Translations under genes and position numbers: made by a program
Shown here: positions 1-10,535 of the stretch, in pieces
How positions within the stretch are numbered: the first letter of the stretch is position 1
How the letters are laid out: each line of letters begins with the position of its first letter
The notes under the pieces: model-generated
The model's database searches: none
What the model was told of the DNA's origin: nothing
The model's input: only the letters and a program-made list of their open reading frames with translations
Assembly: GCA_002269645.1 (NCBI GenBank)
Contig: NIVC01002372.1
Coordinates: forward strand, 1 to 64,000
Source of the DNA: Macrostomum lignano
Lineage: Eukaryota
Reading direction: 5' to 3'
Length of the DNA: 64,000 nucleotides

Positions 1-1309
1 TCCGTTCGAGCGAAACAAGAAGTAGACGGCATGGGCTTCTGTGAGATGCTGCAGACATCGGACTCGACAATGCGCTACAAGAAGAGCTAGAAGTGAGAGA
101 ATGCGCTTCGTTCCTTGAGACATCCTTCATGGTCGGCTCCGTTCGAGCGAAACAGGATGTGGAGGACATGGGCGTCTGTGAGATGCTGCAGACATCAGTC
201 GGGTCGGTACGCTACAAGGAAGAGCTTGAAGTAAGAGAGTGCGCATCCTTCCTCGAGACTTCGGTCATGGTCGGCTCCGTTCGAGCGAAACAGGATGTGG
301 AGGACATGGGCGTCTGTGAGATGCTGCAGACATCAGTCGGGTCGGTACGCTACAAGGAAGAGCTTGAAGTAAGAGAGTGCGCATCCTTCCTCGAGACTTC
401 GGTCATGGTCGGCTCCGTTCGAGCGAAACAAGAAGTAGACGGCATGGGCTTCTGTGAGATGCTGCAGACATCGGACTCGACAATGCGCTACAAAGAAGAG
501 CTAGAAGTGAGAGAATGCGCTTCGTTCCTTGAGACATCCTTCATGGTCGGCTCCGTTCGAGCGAAACAGGATGTGGAGGACATGGGCGTCTGTGAGATGC
601 TGCAGACATCAGTCGGTCGGTACGCTACAAGAAGAGCTTGAAGTAAGAGAGTGCGCATCCTTCCTCGAGACTTCGGTCATGGTCGGCTCCGTTCGAGCGA
701 AACAAGAAGTAGACGGCATGGGCTTCTGTGAGATGCTGCAGACATCGGACTCGACAATGCGCTACAAAGAAGAGCTAGAAGTGAGAGAATGCGCTTCGTT
801 CCTTGAGACATCCTTCATGGTCGGCTCCGTTCGAGCGAAACAGGATGTGGAGGACATGGGTCTGTGAGATGCTGCAGACATCAGTCGGGTCGGTACGCTA
901 CAAGGAAGAGCTTGAAGTAAGAGAGTGCGCATCCTTCCTCGAGACTTCGGTCATGGTCGGCTCCGTTCGAGCGAAACAAGAAATAGACGGCATGGGCTTC
1001 TGTGAGATGCTGCAGACATCGGACTCGACAATGCGCTACAAAGAAGAGCTAGAAGTGAGAGAGTGTGTCAGCTTTCTTGAACGTCATTTTGTTCAGAGTG
1101 AACTTTTGGTTTCTCCTATTTCTTCAAGCGTTGGTGTTCAGTGCAACCAGCCGATTGATTCTACGTCCGTTTGTTTTGAGGTTTCGACATCGACTGGGTT
1201 TATTTCGACTTTCGCAACATTCGCCGATGCGTCGGCTCAAGTTTTTCAAGAAGTCCGTGGAACTGGTCTTCTTATTGAAGAGAAAATTTTCGTGACTCCT
1301 TTCGATTAA
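1..1309 (+). CDS. 3' end of an unknown protein made of tandem 46-aa (138-bp) repeats with a unique C-terminal tail; apparent frameshifts at ~80, ~617, ~630 and ~860
   Basis: Unit starts at 93, 231, 369, 507, 643, 781, 917 and 1055. Differences between copies are mostly synonymous (gtg/gta, gaa/gag, gct/gca, tcg/tcc, ctt/ctc, aca/act), which indicates coding constraint. Stop TAA at 1307-1309. The frameshifts are 1-2 nt deletions relative to sister copies. Confidence 0.75.
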
Positions 1310-1877
1310 TTTTTTTAATTTGATACAAAATTGATACAATTTTATGATTATTTTAAGTAGCAAGAAACTTTTTCCAGTTTCAATCTCTTCAACGTTTTGT
1401 GCTTTTTTAGCTTCAGAAACGTTTAAATATTTATTGGTTTTGTGTTTTAGATAGCTAAGAAATAGATGGGCCCCTGCTTTTGCTATAAATTGCAATTGGG
1501 GTTCTTTTTAGTTGAATTTAACTAAACTTGGTGCAGCGAAATTCGAGTTATTAGCTGTTAGCTTTAAATTTTATGTAGCTTTTTAAAATCTTACAAATTA
1601 AGGTAGCATGAAGTGAGCAGGTTAATGCTTAATGGAATAAAATCACAGTACCATTAAGGTAGTCTAACTTATATATACTTTTTATTGCATACGTGGTGCA
1701 AGCCAGTGAGTTGTGGCCTGTCTATTGTTTTAATATCCGTCCAAATTACCCGTACAATATAAAGTTGCTTTTTTCGTTTCAACGAGTACCCTATTTTCTT
1801 GTGGTCATGAATATCTTTTAAACATTGAAATCAAACATACATGGATTATGCAGGTATTTAAAAATAATTTTGTTGAT

Positions 1878-2201
1878 CAGTGGCGGATCCAGGAATTCTG
1901 TTTGGGAAGTGGCGGACTGTCAGGGGGCGCCAATGACAATCACAAATGGGGGCGCCAGGGGGCCAATGTTGCGCCAGTGGAGCTAGGTTTAGTTTTATTA
2001 CCCTTTGCTGTCTTAGTTTGGAGGGGCACTAAAAATCTTCATATGGGGTGGGCCAGTAGCAGGGTGGGGGTCGCGCAGCAGATGTCAGTCTTTATGCACC
2101 TGGATGAATCCTTTCCGTAAGGTCGGTGTGCATTGGCGTCAGTGGGGGCGCCATAAACCCATGACGAAATTTTCCCCCCCGCCCCCCTAAATCCGCCCTT
2201 G
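1878..2201. mobile_element. Non-autonomous hAT-like MITE
   Basis: Imperfect TIRs cagtggcggatcc / aaatccgcccttg; 8-bp TSD ttgttgat (1870-1877) vs ttgttgct (2202-2209). Confidence 0.75.
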
Positions 2202-2949
2202 TTGTTGCTTAACATTATTTTTACTAAATAACACAATTCAATGTGAAAGTGAAACTGATTACAGTATAGTGACTAACATTAGATTTATCTTTTGTTTATT
2301 TGAACAATAATATGTTACGTTTTACTGCGACGCATGCAGTAGTGCATCATTCGATTTTTTCAATTTTGCTCGTGGTAGTTATTACATTACTGTTATTACA
2401 GTAGAATTATTATGTATGGTATCCGGTTTTTAGTTTTTTTAATTTACTTCCTAATATTTTTATTTAAAGTTAGTTTAAAAACAGTGCTGAGCTGGCCTCG
2501 GATTTTTTTGCTATAAAACGCTATCTTTGGCTGAAGATATTGCTCTTTGCTAGAGACATTGCTGCACAACACTATGTGCTTCAGAATAGAGATCATACAA
2601 GTACATGTACGTCATTTTAAGTAGTTTTTCTATCATTCATAAAATAAATAGTAAATTCGTATCATTAGATAATCATATACGATGCTCTATCATTCGTTGA
2701 AACTTACTCTACATTTGCTTAAGTCTTTAACATTGTAAAATGGTGTGGTTTTACGTTACCCTACGTGCGTACTTGTACCAGTAAGATAGCTTGTATATAC
2801 GCGTATACACGTGTTCTATATTGCTACATCTACATGTGTGATAGCTATGATGCACGGACGCGTGGCGACAATGATGCAATTCGATATTACTATATAGTAA
2901 ACAATGATAAATTATTATTATTACACTTAAATTATTATTATAATAGTAA

Positions 2950-3435
2950 CGCGCGACGTAACTATCACCCACACCTGCGCCTCAAGTCACCTGCACGCTT
3001 CTGCTATCGCCCCGCGCAGCTGCCACTTCGGCCGAGGCCCGCAAATCAGCCAAGTACACCGACCTGGGCGACCACGATGACTTCCACCCGGTCGGTGTGA
3101 AAATGCTGCAGTTGCCTTCGGCCCCCATGCCCTGAAGCTATACATGTAGTTGTCGCCCTTGCGGCCTGCATCCGCGCTAATTCTGGGGAGCGGGGGATCC
3201 GGGTGCGCATCTTCCGCCGACTCGGGGCAGTTGTTCCCAGGCTAGAAACGCCCCGCACCATTTTCGCCTCCCACGCCCACGCCACACTCACGTCTACGGG
3301 AGGCCCGCTGCTGAGTTTTGTTTCTTGCTTTTTACATCCTATGGGTAATTTTTTAACTACTTTGATGCTTAGCTCATTTCGAGTCACAAATTGTTATTAT
3401 TGTTATTATTAATATTATCATTATTATAAATAATA
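2950..3435 (+). mobile_element. 5'-truncated, frameshifted CRE-clade non-LTR retrotransposon 3' end (restriction-like endonuclease region) with (TAT)n-like tail
   Basis: Across frameshifts it reads DVTITHTCASSHLHASAIAP/AAATSAEARKSAKYTDLGDHDDFHPVGV...FGPHALKL...RRLGAVV. This matches the CRE RLE C-terminal pattern (DVT..DT.A.SH...GAAA..AE..K..KY..L...F.P..VET.G). A ttattatt-rich tail follows at 3395-3435. Confidence 0.7.
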
Positions 3436-4392
3436 TCATTCATAGATTAGATGATACTGCTGCACCCCAGCCACCCGTCCCCCAATCATGTACGTTGCTA
3501 TTGCTATCGATTACTCAGCCCCTCTCACCCCTTCGCTTCCCAGTGTCAAAAACTCCGGCGAATCGCGCAGCGAAATGTCCCGGGAAACTGCAGCGAATCA
3601 CCGGAGAAAAAACGCCGTTTTTTTACAGCCTACTTATAGTAGCATACTATGCGCATGAAATTAATCGAATCCTTTATAATTAGGCTGGTAGTTTACATTA
3701 TAGGTTCACCGTGATAAAAAAATAGTGAAGACTATTTCATAACACAATTTAATAGAATTATTTAATTTTATAGATTATCAGATTTTATATTTTATCAGTA
3801 TTTTATTATGCTTACGAAAATATACCAGTATAAAAAATGTCAGCAAATTAATAGCAGATAGAGTGATATTGCATTTTAATATATGCGCATGCATATTGCA
3901 TACTGCTATTGGATGCAGTGAGAAACACACTACGTTAAATTCAATATTTTCACAGAGCAATTGATTAGGGCAGAAAATTTCATTTTAAACTTTGTAAAGC
4001 CAAATGTAAGCGTTATCAAACTTGTAAAAGAATAATTGTTTAGGAACGCTCTGAAAGGACTGATTGATAAGCAAGGAAGACAAGTTACAATTTGAAGAAA
4101 AACATATGCATTTATGAGTAAAGGTAATTAAGACATAAATCATATATATTGCCGCGCATGTATGAACATGTTATATACAATTAGCATTAGCACTAAAGAT
4201 GCAAAAAATTACCACTTACACGATTGAAATAGGTTAAGGAAAGAAATTACGAAAGTAAACAGTTAATTCATGTTACAAAAGAAGAGTAAAAGGCGCACAT
4301 TGACTGATGTATACGTATGCTTTATGATACTTTTAATAAATACAGGCTTTCTCTCGGTCGCACGTTCATTACCTACATGGCGTCGCAAGCAG

Positions 4393-4652
4393 GGGCCTTT
4401 TCATATTGCTTGCTCTGGTTCCAGAACCAGAACCAATTTGTGAAGTATAACTTTTTGTCTCCATAACTAGAGGGAGATACGTACTATAAAGTTTTTATTA
4501 TTGAATGACAATCGCCAAGAAGAAAGTGAAAAATTGTGCTAAGTTAGGTTGTTAAGGCAGTCGAATATTAACAGAGTTTAATAGTTATACTGCTGTTTTT
4601 CTTGGAATTCCGAACCGATTCTGGTTCTGGAATTGGTAATATGAAAAGGCCC
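4393..4652. mobile_element. PIF/Harbinger-like MITE
   Basis: 15-bp TIR gggccttttcatatt / aatatgaaaaggccc; 3-bp TSD cag (4390-4392, 4653-4655); internal ggttc(c/t)agaaccagaacc motif shared with the element at 11027. Confidence 0.75.
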
Positions 4653-4654
4653 CA

Positions 4655-4830
4655 GGATCTGGACGAACACCGTCGGATGAAATCACGTGTGGCTGACATA
4701 CTGAAGAAACACCAACTTTCAGTTTCTTGCGATTAAGTTTTAAATTCGACTGACGGGCTTCATTGAGCACCTTGAGTAGCTTCTGATCGTGCCATCAACT
4801 GACTTTCACGAGTGATCGCAAGCGTTCACA
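4655..4830 (-). mobile_element. Degenerate Gypsy-type LTR retrotransposon reverse transcriptase fragment
   Basis: Minus-strand translation HDQKLLKVLNEARQSNLKLNRKKLKVGVSSVCQPHVISSDGVRPDP matches the RT C-terminal motif HD..L..VL......LKLN..K......V..LGH.IS.DG..PDP; cut at PDP by the Harbinger MITE. Confidence 0.65.
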
Positions 4831-5245
4831 CTGCAATCAACTGACATATACTGAGGAGAATGAGTGGGCTGGGGTTAAGAGGAGGGTGAACGCAAGTTTT
4901 CCAATTTTTTTCGCGAGTAATACTGTGCGCACATATCTCCAGCTGAGCCCAGATTCGTGCATCTTTTCAGCAAGTTTGAGAAAACTACTTTGTGCTTTGA
5001 ATTCAATACCAGTGTACAGTCTGTATCAGAGTACAAAGGCCAGCGCTCTTATTGATATAACTGGCGCGAGCTAACAAAAAACCAAGCACCTACACTTTTC
5101 CGATCGTCCTTTTTCCTGGTATTTCGATTGTCAATCAGGGTGCCGAAGGTCGTATATAAACAGGATTTTCTTGCACATTGTTTACCAGAGGTTCCAGCGG
5201 CAACCAACAGGCGCTGTTTTTTCACACTTGCCATTTCGCTTACGT

Positions 5246-5662
5246 CAGGGGGTCAGCAAACTTTTTTACCCCAAGGGCCAGAGCAGATAAAGAACCTAGA
5301 GCATGACTGCGTCCGGAGGAATTGAAGGAGGAGATGAGAGAGGGATCATAAAAAAGAAGGAAGGGAGATGGGAGAAGGGAGAGGCGAGGGAATAAAGGAG
5401 CAAAGATGAGAGGAGAGGAGAGATGAATTAGGCTAGGAGAGTAGAAAAGAGAAGAGAGAGGGATCGAGTAGAGGAATAAAGAGAGAGGAGAGAAGAAGAG
5501 GGGAGAGAAGAAGAGTGGAGAGAAGAGAGAAGAGCACTGAGAAGAGACAAACATTGAGCGGGCCGAGTTACTATTGTGCAGTTTCAAAGGACCGCGAGGG
5601 CCGGATGAAGAGACTTTGCGGGCCGCATGTGGCCTGCGGGCCTGAGTTTGCCGCGACCCCTG
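5246..5662. mobile_element. hAT/Charlie-like MITE with internal GA-rich tract (~5325-5550)
   Basis: TIRs cagggggtcagcaaact / agtttgccgcgacccctg; TSD degenerate (gcttacgt vs gctcatat, 5/8). Confidence 0.65.
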
Positions 5663-6189
5663 GCTCATATGATGGAAAATAATAAAAATAGTTAATAACC
5701 TGCTGGGGTGTGATGACCAATCAATTTTGAAGCGACAGTCAGACTAGACAGAGATTTGTTAAAATAGAGTGGCTTGAGTTGAATTTCGTGTGTTGCGCAT
5801 TTTTGGGTGCTGTCTAAGAGGCAAGCTGTAGTTAGCTGCGATTTCAAGTGAACACAGAAAAATTATGAAATTCTGTGTGGTCAAACGAGTCATGTGATTT
5901 GGTCTTTCATTTGATTGCAATGTGAATGAGCCTTAAAGCGTGCTACCTTACCTGAATAATTTTACATTCTTTCTTATTTGGGCCCCCGAAGCTAGTGGAG
6001 ACTAGATTGGTAGTAAGGTATCTAAAAAGTAAAAATAACTTAGGCCTCTCAGCTAGAACTAAAACTATAGTTTCCAAAGCTTTTTAAACTTAGCAGCCGC
6101 AGTGAGCAATTTATCTCTGCATGGCAACGTCCACTTTGTTTGAATCGGTAAAATGTTTGCGTAAAGCCAGTGGTGGAAATTCGAACGAA

Positions 6190-6600
6190 ATAATTTAGCG
6201 CAGATTGAAAAAAAGAAAAGAAAATCAGCAACATATTAAACTCTACAAAAACGCCTATCTCTACAAAAAAATCTGCAAGCCCGACCTGTCAAATTACTTT
6301 CCATGCACATTTAGAAACAAAAAATTCTTAACAACTCTCCTAAAACTGAAATGCGAGATTACACCCAACTTTTTTTTCTCAAGAACCATGTAAAATGTGT
6401 GGAGCGCGAATTGGTTCTGACATTCTACACTACTTGACCGAATGTCCACAAACTGAAGAGATCAGGAAAAAATACTTCTGCGATCAATACCTCTTAAATG
6501 GCAATCAAATACACAAGATAGGATATGCTACAAATGAAAAAAGAGTCAGAAAAGAACTCACTGGTGTAGCTAAAATATATGAAGTCATGAATAGCTAAAA
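6190..6600 (+). mobile_element. Non-LTR retrotransposon (LINE) 3' remnant with C-terminal zinc-knuckle
   Basis: Two adjacent ORF fragments; CKMCGARIGSDILHYLTECP fits the C-x2-C-x9-H-x4-C knuckle typical of LINE ORF2 C-termini. Confidence 0.45.
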
Positions 6601-7216
6601 CAGTTAAACAAACTGAATCAGATACATTAGCAGTGTAATAAATCCGCTTTTCAGTTATTTATTCAAAAATAAGCGCTTTCAAAAATACTGCTATTGTAAT
6701 TACGGTTATATATGCTTAGATATATTGGCATAAAATAGTTATTTTTTTTCTTTATTTTTTTTCTCTTTTCGATTTTTCGTTCGAACTTTACTCGCAACTT
6801 ATCGTAATCAAAGTAATCTCGCAATTAAAGCTAATACCTCGTAATTCGTACTCATTTTTGTATTAATATTTATACTCGATGTTAGTTGTTAGTCGTCACT
6901 TTTCGCCCAAAAATACCGTAAAAATTCTGGCGCGCTTTCAAATACTTTATCTTTTACAATAACTCGTCATGCAATCGTCGTCAACGTCAAATCGTCTTTA
7001 AACCTCTATTTCGAAAATTTTTCCAAATACACAGCTCTATAATATATTGGCCAAACAGGCTAATCGCCTGAGCCAACTTCTTACTACTAATTGATTCCGC
7101 GGCCCTGCTGCAATTATTATCATCGACATCGATTATGAAGATTCTCCAGCACATTATGCACGTAATCGTTCCTAGTCATGCAAGATCGTTGTCTTAATTA
7201 CCATGCACTAACCAAA

Positions 7217-7327
7217 GGGAGTCATTTCGTCATCCACCAGGCGCAATTGTGTTGGGAGTCATTTCGTCATTCACCAAGCGCAATTGTGTTGGGAGTCATT
7301 TCGTCATCTACCAAGCGCAATTGTGTT
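7217..7327. repeat. 37-bp tandem repeat, 3 copies
   Basis: gggagtcatttcgtcat(c/t)(c/t)acca(g/a)gcgcaattgtgtt at 7217, 7254 and 7291. Confidence 0.9.
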
Positions 7328-10300
7328 TATTCTAAGTGAAATTTAGTATATAGGCCTATCTATATGTTAGGCCTATGTCAATAGGCCTATCTCCATCAGG
7401 CTATAAAATATAGACAAAAGTTGCTTAGAATTAGTTTTTATAGGCCCCTATCATCATCTGTAATTTTATTTTAATATCTAGAAAGTCTAGAAGACTTGGC
7501 ATCAATTTATTGGATCAAAATTTCAGTTTAACTTTGTGCCATGTGTTCATATTTGTAGGCCTAACTAGTACGTAGGCCTAACCTTTGTACATTTGTAATT
7601 TTGTACCTTTTGGCCAGGAGGCATTGCAGCTATCCTGCAGAATCATTTGTTAAACTCAATCTATATGCACATTTTTAGCTATTGACATGAAATTTTCGAA
7701 ATTATAGCATTGCATTTACATTGTCATCAATCAATTTTTTTATCACTTGGTATCAAAGACCTACTTAGTAGGCCTATGAAATTTTGGCACTTATGGCAAT
7801 AGGCATAGACCTATGGTTTGCTTTAAAGTATTTGTAATTTTGGTATCCTAAGACTATGTATAGGTGCCACTAATATCAAATTTGTTAATAGGCCTTCTCC
7901 TTATCTAGGCCTAATTCAACAACTCAAAGCAGATCAAAGCATGCCCAGTTGATAAAATGAAACAACTTTTGAATTATAGTTATTCAAAGCCAAATGCATA
8001 TAGGCCTAGGGCCTAAAGCATTTAGCATTTGTTCAAAATTTTATTAATAGGCACCTAGTTTATTGGCCTATGGCTAATATTAAATATTTATTTCTTTATC
8101 ATTGTCTAGGCTTATTGTTCTTTTTAAAATATCTCTTCTTTGTTATAGGGGCCTAATTGATAAGATAAAAGAATTTATAAGAGAATGAAATATGATTTTT
8201 TTATTTATTTCTAATTATATTAGGCCTAGCCTACTTCTCAAAAGATAAAAATTAATCAAGTAAAAAGTTAGGTCTATTAGAAATACTATAAAAGACAAAT
8301 AATCATAATGACTAGGCTAATAAATAAAATACATTAAAAAATGTTGAAAATTAAGGAGACAAAAGGATTTATAACTTTTTTTTTTAAATCACTAATTTAA
8401 AAAAAAGTTTTTACTCAGGCCCAAAAAATAAAAATTTTCAAATAAAATAAAAAATATTAAAAAACATTTTTCAAAATCTCATTGTAGTCTTTATGTTAAA
8501 GCACAACTTAAGAAAGTATTAAAATCATCAATGTTAGGCAAGTTTCAGCTTGAAAAGTAAGTAACTCATAGTTAAATAACTTTCAATTCCAAAGAAAATA
8601 ACTAAAATAAGAAATAAGAAAAATACAAAATAGAAAATGCTGGTATAATATGTTATATACTCATACATAAAATATAGTAGAAGTTGTATTATATTTCACC
8701 ACTGTTTAAGCTGAAGATCTAGATACAAGTAGCCTATATCAATTTCATTAAGGCTTTAAGTCTTTAGCCAATTAAAATCTATGCCGATGAGTTCAGCCAG
8801 TGGGCTTGTAGAGGTTGAGGTGGGTGCAGCACAAGGCCTAGAACAGTGTATGCCCCGCACAATCTTTTCTTGTAGAAAAGGCAATTCTCACCTCCCCACT
8901 GAGTCTTTGAACCGCGCTTCCTTTTATTTCCTATAGATTTTCTTACTCGTGTAGCATGATCATCAATGTCTAAATTGTTAAAATATTAACCAAAATTTCA
9001 AAATGATTTTCGATGAATGGTGTCGAAATTTGAAAGTGAAATTGAAATTATTTCGATGCAAAATTAGTTTCAAAATTCGGAATATCAAAATCGAAATCGA
9101 ACTTGAATAACTATGACACCTTTCAGTGACATAAATGTTGCATCATCTAATTAGTTATCATATTAGTGCTGTAAATTAATTTACTTACAAGATTCAATCT
9201 ATCTTGGGCTTATACTATATCTATCTAGTATCTGAATTGAATGGAACTTAATTCTTATATATCTTATCTAACTAATTCCAATTACTAATACTAACTGACA
9301 TTACATTTGTGCAATTTGATAACTTTACTGTGTTTGTGTATAGTGCATGTAAAGTCCGTTGCATTTGCATTTAAAAAAACAAAGTAATGATTACACTTAA
9401 ACAATGATTGCCTAAAAATGTTTCTGCAACTTAAGTTTAAATGACTCAAAGGTCCTGAAGTACTTAATTACACTTTAAAAATATATTTTATTCCAAGAAT
9501 AGACAATTGTCAAAACAAACAATATGACATTGAATTTTGTGTTTTCATTTTTTAATTTACTTTTTTTTCAAAAGTTTTATTTCTTTATGTTATATGTTTG
9601 CAAATCAAAATGTTTGCATAATTTTGTTTTTTATTTTTTCATATTCAGAAGGATTTCTAAAAAAGTGAGACTTTTTTCGGATTTAGATATTCCGATCCAT
9701 CGCTAATTTTGACTCTTTACAAATATAAACTATAAACAGAGCTAGATAATTTTTGACCAATAAATGTGTCATAATCAGTAATAATACTTCAGCTGACTTT
9801 AAGGTTGTATGATTCATTCTTGTTGCTTTAGTCTGTTTTAGTTTTTTAATAGGATAAATTTACCATACTGTAGGTATAGTTTTATATTGCTAACTTTATT
9901 TAGAATCAATGATAACCTTCTAGCAGCCTTAAAAAAACCTTAAAAAACAAGAAAAAATGATCTAGGACAAAAATGGCTGCAATTTGATAGATAGACCATA
10001 GTTTACAAGACATTAATTAATTTGATTTGTGTCATTGCTATACAATAAAAAATATAATTAGCCACAAAAGAGTTAAATTATTCTTAGTCATTCTGTTAAC
10101 TTGTTTAAGTAGTTACCAATAATTCTTTCATTCTATTAACATATGATTCTATGATACTTAAAATGTGCTCTGACTTAAAAAGACCCCATGATCTATAATA
10201 TTAATATATCTTTTTACCTTTGTATTACTATATTTTGGTAAAAGTTTTGCACTTTTGGGAAATATTTAGTACAGGCAGTTTAGCACCTAAAGTTTCATTT

Positions 10301-10535
10301 TCAAGTACTAGAACTAGAAGTACTAGACTTTTCAAAAAGTAACTTCTAATACCAAAAGTGCCAGAAGTGTGAGAACTGTGCCCAACACTAGAAATCATAA
10401 ATATTTTTTTTTCAATTGCATATGCAAGCATACATGTGCAATTACATGTTTGCTAATATTTAAAGTAGAATTAGACTTGGTAAGGCTGTAACAAATCTTC
10501 AATAAGATAATTCAATATATTAAACAAATTTTCAG

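Noticed and set aside
8779-8935. ATG-initiated segment as candidate first exon of CPPED1 (another candidate near 7135-7162)
   Set aside because: Phase-compatible donors exist but there is no homology or other support to choose between them.
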